Part shown: one piece after another, positions 48,801 to 59,702 of the stretch
Numbering within the stretch: position 1 is the first letter of the stretch
Layout of the letters: every line of letters begins with the position of its first letter
Source of the DNA: Squalus acanthias
Lineage: Eukaryota
Direction of reading: 5' to 3'
NCBI GenBank assembly: GCA_030390025.1
Contig: JASTWF010000349.1
Coordinates: 310,001-374,000 of the forward strand
Length of the DNA stretch: 64,000 nucleotides
Notes under the pieces: generated by a model
What the model was told of the DNA's origin: nothing
The model's database searches: none
The model's input: the letters and a program-made list of their open reading frames with translations, nothing else
Program-made: the position numbers and the translations under genes

Positions 48801-51800
48801 AGCGATCCCTCAGTATTGCCCCTCTGACAGTGCAGCGCTCCCTCAGTACTGCCCCTCCGACAGTGCAGCGCTCCCTCAGTACTGCCCCTCCGACAGTGCA
48901 GCGCTCCCTCAGTACTGCCCCTCCGACAGTGCAGCACTCCCTCAGTACTGCCCCTCCGACAGTGCAGCGCTCCCTCAGTACTGCCCTTCCGACAGTGCAG
49001 CGCTCCCTCAGTACTGCCCCTCCGACAGTGCAACGCTCCCTCAGTTCTGCCCTTCCGACAGTGCAGCACCCTCTCAGCGACAGTGCAGCGCTCTCTCAGT
49101 ACTGCCCCTCCGACAGTGCAGCGCTCCCTCAGTCCTGCCCCTCCGACAGTGCAGCACACTCTCAGTACTGCCCCTCCGACAGTGCAGCGCTCCCTCAGTT
49201 CTGCCCTTCCGACAGTGCAGCACCCTCTCAGCGACAGTGCAGCGCTCTCTCAGTACTGCCCCTCCGACAGTGCAGCGCTCCCTCAGTCCTGCCCCTCCGA
49301 CAGTGCAGCACACTCTCAGTACTGCCCCCCTGACAGTGCAGTGCTACCCCGGTACTGCCTCTCTGACAGTGCAGCAGTGCCTCTCCGACAGTGCAGCGCT
49401 CCCTCAGTACTGCCCCTCCGACAGTGCAGCCCACCTCAGTACTGCCCCTCTGACAGTGCAGCGTTCCCTCCGTACTGCCCCTCTGACAGTGCAGCGTTCC
49501 CTCCGTACTGCCCCTCTGACAGTGCAGCGGTTCCCTCCGTACTGCCCCTCCGACAGTGCGACACTCCCTCAGTACTGCCCCTCTGACAGTGCAGCGCTCC
49601 CTCAGTACTGCCCCTCTGACAGTGCAGCGCTCCCTCAGTACTGCCCCTCTGACAGTGCAGCGCTCCCTCAGTACTGCCCCTCTGACAGTGCAGCGATCCC
49701 TCAGTACTGCCCCTTCGACAGTGCAGCGCTCCCTCAGTACTGCCCCTCCGACAGTGCAGCGCTCCCTCAGTAGCGCCCCTCCGACAGTGCAGCACTCCCT
49801 CAGTAATGTCCCGCCGACAGTGCAGCACTCCTTCAATTCTGCCCTTCTGACAGGGCAGCACACCCTCACCGACAGTGCAGCACTCCCTCAGTACTGCCCC
49901 TCTGACAGTGCAGCGATCCCTCAGTACTGCCCCTCTGACAGTGCAGTGCTCCCTCAGTACTGCCCCTCTGACAGTGCAGCACTCCCTCAGTACTGTCCCT
50001 CTGACAGTGCAGCGCTCCCTCAGTACTGCCCATCCGACAGTGCAGTGCTCCCTCAGTACTGTCTCTCTGACACTGCAGCGCTCCCTCTGACAGTGCAGCG
50101 CTCCCTCAGTACTGCCCCTTTGATAGTGCAGAGCTCCCTCAGTACTGCCCCTCTGACCGTGCAGCACTCCCTCAGTACTGCCCCTCTGACAGTGCAGCAC
50201 TCCCTCAGTACTGTCCCTCCTACAGTGCAGCGCTCCCTCAGTACTGTCCCTCCGACGGTGCAGCACCCTCTCAGCGACAGTGCTGCACTCTCTCAGTACT
50301 GCCCCTCTGACAGTGCAGCACTCCCTCAGTACTGCCCCTCCGACAGTGCAGCACTCTCTCAGTACTGCCCCTCTGACAGTGCAGTGCTACCCCGGTACTG
50401 CCTCTCTGACAGTGCAGCACTCCCTCAGTGCTGACCCCCGACAGTGCAGCACTCCCTCAGTGCTGACCCCCAACAGTGCAGCACTCCCTCAGTGCTGACC
50501 CCCGACAGTGCAGCACTCCCTCAGTGCTGACCCCCGACAGTGCAGCACTCCCTCAGTACTGCCCCCCTGACAGTGCAGTGCTACCCCGGTACTGCCTCTC
50601 TGACAGTGCAGTGCTACCCCGGTACTGCCCCTCTGACAGTGCAGCACTCCCTCAGTACTGCCCCTCTGACAGTGCAGCGCTCCCTCAATACTGCCCCTCT
50701 GACAGTGCAGCGCTCCCTCAGTACTGCCCCTCTGACAGTGCAGCGCTCCCTCAGTACTGCCCCTCCGACAGTGCAGCACTCCCTCAGTACTGCCCCTCTG
50801 ACAGTGCAGCGCTCCCTCAGCACTGCCCCTCTGACAGTGCAGCACTCCCTCAGTACTGCCCCCCGACAGTGCAGCGCTCCCTCAGTACTGCCCCTCTGAC
50901 AGTGCAGCGATCCCTCAGTACTGCCCCTCCGACAGTGCAGCGCTCCCTCAGTAGCGCCCCTCCGACAGTGCAGCACTCCCTCAGTAATGTCCCGCCGACA
51001 GTGCAGCACTCCTTCAATTCTGCCCTTCCGACAGGGCAGCACCCCCTCACCGACAGTGCAGCACTCCCTCAGTACTGCCTCTCTGACAGTGCAGCGATCC
51101 CTCAGTACTGCCCCTCCGACAGTGCAGTGCTCCCTCAGTACTGCCCATCCGACAGTGCAGTGCTCCCTCAGTACTGCCTCTCTGACACTGCAGCGCTCCC
51201 TCAGTACTGCCCCTCTGACAGTGCAGCGCTCCCTCAGTACTGCCCCTCTGACAGTGCAGCGCTCCCTCAGTACTGCCCCTCTGACAGTGCAGCGATCCCT
51301 CAGTACTGCCCCTCCGACAGTGCAGTGCTCCCTCAGTACTGCCCATCCGACAGTGCAGTGCTCCCTCAGTACTGCCTCTCTGACACTGCAGCGCTCCCTC
51401 AGTAGTGCCCATCCGACAGTGCAGTGCTCCCTCAGTACTGCCTCTCTGACACTGCAGCGCTCCCTCAGTACTGCCCCTTTGACAGTGCAGAGCTCCCTCA
51501 GTACTGCCCCTCTGACAGTGCAGCACTCCCTCAGTACTGCCCCTCTGACAGTGCAGCACTCCCTCAGTACTGTCCCTCCTACAGTGCAGCGCTCCCTCAG
51601 TACTGCCCCTCTGACAGTGCAGCACTCCCTCAGTACTGCCTCTCTGACACTGCAGCGCTCCCTCAGTACTGCCCCTCTGACAGTGCAGCGCTCCCTCAGT
51701 ACTGCCCCTCTGACAGTGCAGCACTCCCTCAGTACTGTCCCTCTGACAGTGCAGCGCTCCCTCAGTAGTGCCCATCCGACAGTGCAGTGCTCCCTCAGTA

Positions 51801-54800
51801 CTGCCTCTCTGACACTGCAGCGCTCCCTCAGTACTGCCCCTCTGACAGTGCAGAGCTCCCTCAGTACTGCCCCTCTGACAGTGCAGTGCTACCCCGGTAC
51901 TGCCTCTCTGACAGTGCAGCACTCCCTCAGTGCTGACCCCCGACAGTGCAGCACTCCCTCAGTGCTGACCCCCGACAGTGCAGCACTCCCTCAGTGCTGA
52001 CCCCCGACAGTGCAGCACTCCCACAGTACTGCCCCCCTGACAGTGCAGTGCTACCCCGGTACTGCCTCTCTGACAGTGCAGCACTCCCTCAGTACTGCCC
52101 CTCTGACAGTGCAGCGCTCCCTCAGTACTGCCCCTCTGACAGTGCAGCGCTCCCTCAATACTGCCCCTCTGACAGTGCAGCGCTCCGTCAGTACTGCCCC
52201 TCTGACAGTGCAGCGATCCCTCAGTATTGCCCCTCTGACAGTGCAGCACTCCCTCAGTACTGCCCCTCTGACAGTGCAGCGCTCCCTCAGTACTGCCACT
52301 CCGACAGTGCAGCGCGCCCTCAGTACCGCCCCTCCGACGGTGTGGCGCTCCCTCAGTACTGCCCCTCTGACAGTGCAGCGCTCCCTCAATACTGCCCCTC
52401 TGACAGTGCAGAGCTCCCTCAGTACTGCCCCTCTGACAGTGCAGAGCTCCGTCAGTACTGCCCCTCTGACAGTGCAGCGATCCCTCAGTACTGCCCCTCC
52501 GACAGTGCAGCGCTCCCTCAGTACTGCCCCTCCGACAGTGCAGCGCTCCCTCAGTACTGCCCCTCCGACAGTGCAGCACTCCCTCAGTACTGCCCTTCCG
52601 ACAGTGCAGCACCCTCTCAGCGACAGTGCAGCGCTCTCTCAGTACTGCCCCTCCGACAGTGCAGCGCTCCCTCAGTCCTGCCCCTCCGACAGTGCAGCAC
52701 ACTCTCAGTACTGCCCCCCTGACAGTGCAGTGCTACCCCGGTACTGCCTCTCTGACAGTGTAGCACTGCCTCTCCGACAGTGCAGCGCTCCCTCAGTACT
52801 GCCCCTCCGACAGTGCAGCCCACCTCAGTACTGCCCCTGTGACAGTGCAGCGTTCCCTCCGTACTGCCCCTCTGACAGTGCAGCGTTCCCTCCGTACTGC
52901 CCCTCTGACAGTGCAGCGGTTCCCTCCGTACTGCCCCTCCGACAGTGCGACACTCCCTCAGTACTGCCCCTCTGACAGTGCAGCGCTCCCTCAGTACTGC
53001 CCCTCTGACAGTGCAGCGCTCCCTCAGTACTGCCCCTCTGACAGTGCAGCGCTCCCTCAGTACTGCCCCTCTGACAGTGCAGCGATCCCTCAGTACTGCC
53101 CCTTCGACAGTGCAGCGCTCCCTCAGTACTGCCCCTTCGACAGTGCAGCACTCCCTCAGTAATGTCGCGCCGACAGTGCAGCACTCCTTCAATTCTGCCC
53201 TTCCGACAGGGCAGCACCCCCTCACCGACAGTGCAGCACTCCCTCAGTACTGCCCCTCTGACAGTGCAGCGATCCCTCAGTACTGCCCCTCTGACAGTGC
53301 AGTGCTCCCTCAGTACTGCCCATCCGACAGTGCAGTGCTCCCTCAGTACTGCCCCTCTGACACTGCAGCGCTCCCTCAGTACTGCCCCTCTGACAGTGCA
53401 GCGCTCCCTCAGTACTGCCCCTCTGACAGTGCAGCGCTCCCTCAGTACTGCCCCTCTGACAGTGCAGCACTCCCTCAGTACTGTCCCTCTGACAGTGCAG
53501 CGCTCCCTCAGTACTGCCCATCCGACAGTGCAGTGCTCCCTCAGTACTGTCTCTCTGACACTGCAGCGCTCCCTCTGACAGTGCAGCGCTCCCTCAGTAC
53601 TGTCCCTCCGACGGTGCAGCACTCCTTCAGTTCTGCCCTTCCGACAGTGCAGCACCCTCTCAGCGACAGTGCTGCACTCTCTCAGTACTGCCCCTCTGAC
53701 AGTGCAGCACTCCCTCAGTACTGCCCCTCCGACAGTGCAGCACTCTCTCAGTACTGCCCCTCTGACAGTGCAGTGCTACCCCGGTACTGCCTCTCTGACA
53801 GTGCAGCACTCCCTCAGTGCTGACCCCCGACAGTGCAGCACTCCCTCAGTGCTGACCCCCGACAGTGCAGCACTCCCTCAGTGCTGACCCCCGACAGTGC
53901 AGCACTCCCTCAGTGCTGACCCCCGACAGTGCAGCACTCCCTCAGTGCTGACCCCCGACAGTGCAGCACTCCCTCAGTACTGCCCCCCTGACAGTGCAGT
54001 GCTACCCCGGTACTGCCTCTCTGACAGTGCAGTGCTACCCCGGTACTGCCCCTCTGACAGTGCAGCACTCCCTCAGTACTGCCCCTCTGACAGTGCAGCG
54101 CTCCCTCAATACTGCCCCTCTGACAGTGCAGCACTCCCTCAGTACTGCCCCTCTGACAGTGCAGCGCTCCCTCAATACTGCCCCTCTGACAGTGCAGCGC
54201 TCCCTCAGTACTGCCCCTCTGACAGTGCAGCGCTCCCTCAGTACTGCCCCTCCGACAGTGCAGCACTCCCTCAGTACTGCCACTCCGACAGTGCAGCGCG
54301 CCCTCAGTACTGCCCCTCCGACGGTGTGGCGCTCCCTCAGTACTGCCCCTCTGACAGTGCAGCGCTCCCTCAATACTGACTCTCTGACAGTGCAGCGCTC
54401 CCTCAGTACTGCCTCTCTGACAGTGCAGCGCTCCGTCAGTACTGCCCCTCTGACAGTGCAGCGATCCCTCAGTACTGCCCCTCCGACAGTGCAGCGCTCC
54501 CTCAGTACTGCCCCTCCGACAGTGCAGCGCCCCCTCAGTACTGCCCCTCCGACAGTGCAGCACTCCCTCAGTACTGCCCCTCCGACAGTGCAGCGCTCCC
54601 TCAGTACTGCCCTTCCGACAGTGCAGCGCTCCCTCAGTACTGCCCCTCCGACAGTGCAGCGCTCCCTCAGTTCTGCCCTTCCGACAGTGCAGCACCCTCT
54701 CAGCGACAGTGCAGCGCTCTCTCAGTACTGCCCCTCCGACAGTGCAGCGCTCCCTCAGTACTGCTCCTCTGACAGTGCAGCACACTCTCAGTACTGCCCC

Positions 54801-57800
54801 CGACAGTGCAGTGCTACCCCGGTACTGCCTCTCTGACAGTGCAGCACTGCCTCTCCGACAGTGCAGCGCTCCCTCAGTACTGCCCCTCCGACAGTGCAGC
54901 CCACCTCAGTACTGCCCCTCTGACAGTGCAGCGTTCCCTCCGTACTGCCCCTCTGACAGTGCAGCGTTCCCTCCGTACTGCCCCTCTGACAGTGCAGCGG
55001 TTCCCTCCGTACTGCCCCTCCGACAGTGCGACACTCCCTCAGTACGGCCCCTCCGACAGTGCGGCCCTCCCTCAGTGCGGCACTCCCTGAGTACGGCCCC
55101 TCCGACTGTGCAGCGCACCCCCGGTACTGCCTCACCGACAGTGCATCGCTCCCTCAGTACTGTCCCTCCGACAGTGCAATGCTCCCTCAATACTGCCCCT
55201 CCTACAGTGCAGCGCTCCCTCAGTAATGTCCCGCCGACAGTGCAGCACTCCTTCTGTTCTGCCCTTCCGACAGGGCAGCACCCCCTCACCGACAGTACAG
55301 CACTCCCTCAGTACTGCCCCTCTGACAGTGCAGCGCTCCCTCAGTACTGCCCATCTGACAGTGCAGCGCTCCCTCAGTACTGCCCCTCTGACAGTGCAGC
55401 GATCCCTCAGTACTGCCCCTCCGACAGTGCAGCACTCCCTCAGAAATGTCCCGCCGACAGTGCAGCACTCCTTCGGTTCTGCCCTTCCGACAGGGCAGCA
55501 CCCCCTCACCGACAGTGCAGCACTCCCTCAGTACTGCCCCTCTGACATTGCAGCGATCCCTCAGTACTGCCCCTCTGACAGTGCAGCGCTTCCTCAGTAC
55601 TGCCCCTCTGACAGTGCAGCGCTCCCTCAGTACTGCCCCTCTGACAGTGCAGCGCTTCCTCAGTACTGCCCCTCTGACAGTGCAGCGCTCCCTCAATACT
55701 GCCCCTCTGACAGTGCAGCGCTCCCTCAGTACTGCCCCTCTGACAGTGCAGCGCTCCCTCAGTACAGCCCCTCCGACGGTGCAGCACTCCTTCAGTTCTG
55801 CCCTTCTGACAGTGCAGCACCCTCTCAGCGACAGTGCTGCACCCTCTCAGTACTGCCCCTCCGACAGTGCAGCACTCCCTCAGTACTGCCCCTCCGACAG
55901 TGCAGCACTCCCTCAGTACTGCCACTCCGACAGTGCAGCGCGCCCTCAGTACTGCCCCTCCGACGGTGTGGCGCTCCCTCAGTACTGCCCCTCTGACAGT
56001 GCAGCGCTCCCTCAATACTGACTCTCTGACAGTGCAGCGCTCCCTCAGTACTGCCTCTCTGACAGTGCAGCGCTCCGTCAGTACTGCCCCTCTGACAGTG
56101 CAGCGATCCCTCAGTACTGCCCCTCCGACAGTGCAGCGCTCCCTCAGTACTGCCCCTCCGACAGTGCAGCGCCCCCTCAGTACTGCCCCTCCGACAGTGC
56201 AGCACTCCCTCAGTACTGCCCCTCCGACAGTGCAGCGCTCCCTCAGTACTGCCCTTCCGACAGTGCAGCGCTCCCTCAGTACTGCCCCTCCGACAGTGCA
56301 GCGCTCCCTCAGTTCTGCCCTTCCGACAGTGCAGCACCCTCTCCGCGACAGTGCAGCGCTCTCTCAGTACTGCCCCTCCGACAGTGCAGCGCTCCCTCAG
56401 TACTGCTCCTCTGACAGTGCAGCACACTCTCAGTACTGCCCCCCTGACAGTGCAGTGCTACCCCGGTACTGCCTCTCTGACAGTGCAGCACTGCCTCTCC
56501 GACAGTGCAGCGCTCCCTCAGTACTGCCCCTCCGACAGTGCAGCCCACCTCAGTACTGCCCCTCTGACAGTGCAGCGTTCCCTCCGTACTGCCCCTCTGA
56601 CAGTGCAGCGTTCCCTCCGTACTGCCCCTCTGACAGTGCAGCGGTTCCCTCCGTACTGCCCCTCCGACAGTGCGACACTCCCTCAGTACGGCCCCTCCGA
56701 CAGTGCGGCCCTCCCTCAGTGCGGCACTCCCTGAGTACGGCCCCTCCGACAGTGCAGCGCACCCCCGGTACTGCCTCACCGACAGTGCATCGCTCCCTCA
56801 GTACTGTCCCTCCGACAGTGCAATGCTCCCTCAATACTGCCCCTCCTACAGTGCAGCGCTCCCTCAGTAATGTCCCGCCGACAGTGCAGCACTCCTTCTG
56901 TTCTGCCCTTCCGACAGGGCAGCACCCCCTCACCGACAGTACAGCACTCCCTCAGTACTGCCCCTCTGACAGTGCAGCGCTCCCTCAGTACTGCCCCTCT
57001 GACAGTGCAGCGCTCCCTCAGTACTGCCCCTCTGACAGTGCAGCGATCCCTCAGTACTGCCCCTCCGACAGTGCAGCACTCCCTCAGAAATGTCCCGCCG
57101 ACAGTGCAGCACTCCTTCGGTTCTGCCCTTCCGACAGGGCAGCACCCCCTCACCGACAGTGCAGCACTCCCTCAGTACTGCCCCTCTGACATTGCAGCGA
57201 TCCCTCAGTACTGCCCCTCTGACAGTGCAGCGCTTCCTCAGTACTGCCCCTCTGACAGTGCAGCGCTTCCTCAGTACTGCCCCTCTGACAGTGCAGCGCT
57301 CCCTCAGTACTGCCCCTCTGACAGTGCAGCGCTCCCTCAGTACTGCCCCTCTGACAGTGCAGCGCTTCCTCAGTACTGCCCCTCTGACAGTGCAGCGCTC
57401 CCTCAATACTGCCCCTCTGACAGTGCAGCGCTCCCTCAGTACTGCCCCTCTGACAGTGCAGCGCTCCCTCAGTACAGCCCCTCCGACGGTGCAGCACTCC
57501 TTCAGTTCTGCCCTTCTGACAGTGCAGCACCCTCTCAGCGACAGTGCTGCACCCTCTCAGTACTGCCCCTCCGACAGTGCAGCACTCCCTCAGTACTGCC
57601 CCTCCGACAGTGCAGCACTCTCTCAGTCCTGCCCCCCTGACAGTGCAGTGCTACCCCGGTACTGCCTCTCTGACAGTGCAGCACTCCCTCAGTGCTGACC
57701 CCCGACAGTGCAGCACTCCCTCAGTGCTGACCCCCGACAGTGCAGCACTCCCTCAGTACTGCCCCTCTGACAGTGCAGCGCTCCGTCAGTACTGCCCCTC

Positions 57801-57808
57801 CGACAGTG
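45812..57808. repeat. 33-bp minisatellite, consensus CCCTC(C/T)GACAGTGCAGC(G/A)CTCCCTCAGTACTGC, ~12 kb, derived from the SINE interior
   Basis: Direct reading; 11-aa periodic translations (STAPPTVQRSL, YCPSDSAALPQ). The unit matches positions 58790-58822 of the intact SINE. Confidence 0.96.
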
Positions 57809-59301
57809 AAATAGCAACTTGCATTATATAAGGCTTTTAACGTAGAAAAACGTCCCATGCCACTTCACAAAATTTGACATCGAGCCACATACGAAATATC
57901 AGGACAGATGACCAAATGCGTTGTCAAAGAGGTAGGTATTAAGGAGCGTCTTAAAAGGAGGAGAGTGATGCGGAGAGTTTTATGGAGGGAATTCCAGAAC
58001 TTATTCTGAATGCACAGCCGCCAATGGTGGAGCGATTAAAATCGGAGAGGCCAGAATTGCAGGAGCGCAGATATCTCCGATGGTTGTAGAGTCGGAGGAG
58101 TTTAATAAGATAGGGAGTGGCGAGGCCATGGAGGGATTTGAAAGCGAAGATGAGAATTTTAAAATGGAGGCGTTGCCAGAGCGGTGATCACGGGGGTGAT
58201 GGGTGCATGGGAATTCCTCCGAGTTCGGAAATAGGTTAGTTTGCATGGACAAGAGGGTCAAGGCTGGGTTTTTTGAGGAGCGGGTTAATGATGGCAGATT
58301 TGAAGGGGAGGGGACAGTACCTGAGGAGAGGGAACCATTAACAATATCAGCTATCATTGGGGCCAGGAAGGGAAGTTGGGTGGTCAGCAGTTTGGTGAGA
58401 ATAGGGTCGAGGGTCTCATGGACAAGATGAGCTCAGAGAGGGCATATGGGGAGATGGGAGAGAAAGAAAAGAAAGTTTTGCATTTATACAGCGCCTTTCA
58501 CGACCACCGGACGTCTCAAAGCGCACCACAGCCAATGAAGCACTTCTGAAGTGGAGTCACTGTTGTAATGTGGGAAACGCGGCAGCCAATTTGCGCACAG
58601 CAAGCTCCCACAAACAGCAATGTGAAAATGACCAGATCATCTGTTTTTGTTATGTTGGTTGAGGGAGAAATATTGGCCAGGACACCGGGATAACTCCCCT
58701 GCTCCTCTTCGAAATAGTGCCATGGGATTTTCTACATCCACCTGAGAGAGCAGACGGGGCCTCGGCCTAATGTCTCATCTGAAAGATGGCACCTCCTTCA
58801 GTGCAGCACTCTCTCAGTACTGCACTGGAGTGTCAGCCTAGCTTTATGTGTGCAAGTTCCTGGAGTGGGACTTGAACCCACAACCTTCTGACTCAGAGGC
58901 GAGTGTGCTGCCCACTGAGCCACGGTGACACTGGAGAAAGATGTGAGTTCAGCGCTAGGGCAGGGGAGCCTTCGGGCAAGTTTGGCCCAGTAGGCGAGGG
59001 GAAGGGAGGAAAGTGACTGAGGCAGCTGAATGGATGGTCTCTATTAGTGACACAAGTCCATGAGCTCCTTGCATTTGTTGTTGGTGAGGGTGGAGGATAG
59101 GGGAGAGGGGTTTAACAAGACGGTTTGTAGTGAAGAGAAGCCGGGGGTTGGGGGGGTGCGGTGTATCTTTGCATTCCAGGATGATCCTAGAATAGTGAGC
59201 AGTTTTGGTAGAGGAGTGCAGGACCCGATAGTGCTTCATGTGGTCCAGCCAGATCTGGCATTGAATGGCTAACCCAGTTGTCCGCCATACACATTCACAT
59301 A
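57809..59301 (-). mobile_element. Decayed L2-type (CR1/L2 group) LINE fragment: 3' end at 57809, 5'-truncated, RT core deleted
   Basis: Minus-strand ORF2 remnants WRTTGLAIQCQIWLDHMKHYRV..HYSRIILECKD..NPRLLF, ADIVNGSLSSGTVP, LLKKPSLDPLVHAN and C-terminal WQRLHFKIL. The 3' tail ...TATATAATGCAAGTTG resembles the SINE tail. Confidence 0.82.
58462..58931 (-). mobile_element. Full-length tRNA-derived Deu-domain SINE (SacSINE1-like) nested in the L2 fragment
   Basis: Minus-strand A box TGGCTCAGTGG (58912-58922), B box GGTTCAAGTCC (58868-58878), Deu-type core (GGAGGTGCCATCTTTCAGATGAGAC...CCGAGGCCCCGTCTGC...GATGTAGAAAATCCCATGGCACTATTTCGAAGAG), and an L2-like tail ending TATAAATGCAAAACTTTCTTTTC. Confidence 0.9.
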
Positions 59302-59310
59302 CGGGGACGG

Positions 59311-59385
59311 TAGCATAGTGGTAATGTCACTGGGCTAGTAATCCAGAGCCCTGGACTAATGTTCCAGAGACGTGAGTTCAAATCC
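59311..59385 (+). promoter_or_regulatory. Internal Pol III type-2 promoter (A box and B box) at the LINE 5' end
   Basis: A box TAGCATAGTGG (59311-59321) fits TRGCNNARYGG. B box AGTTCAAATCC (59375-59385) is one mismatch from GGTTCRANNCC. Confidence 0.75.
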
Positions 59386-59702
59386 CACCACAGCAGCTGG
59401 GGAATTTAAATTCAGTTCATTAAATACATCTGGAATTTTTTAAAAAAGCTAGTAATGGTGACCATGAAACTATCGGATTGTCGTAAAAACCCATCTGGTT
59501 CACTAATGTCCTTTAGGGAAGGAAATCTGTCGTCCTTACCTAGTCTGGCCTGTATGTGACTCCAGACCCACAGCAATGTGATTGACTCTTAACTGCCCTC
59601 TGAAATGGCCTATCAAGTCACTCAGTTGTAACTAACCACTACGAAACAAAATAATAAGAATGAAACCAGATAGACCACCCGGCATCGACCTCGGCATCGG
59701 AC

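Noticed and set aside
3399..57808. CRISPR-like or cassette-array interpretation of either array
   Set aside because: There are no unique spacers, cas genes or integrase. The 33-mers are contiguous, core spacers are minisatellite, and the context is vertebrate.
45821..57831. ORFs with 11-aa repeats (STAPPTVQRSL, YCPSDSAALPQ, LHCRRGSTEGA) resembling mucin or zinc-finger-like proteins
   Set aside because: A 33-bp unit is open in most frames on both strands, and the unit derives from a non-coding SINE.
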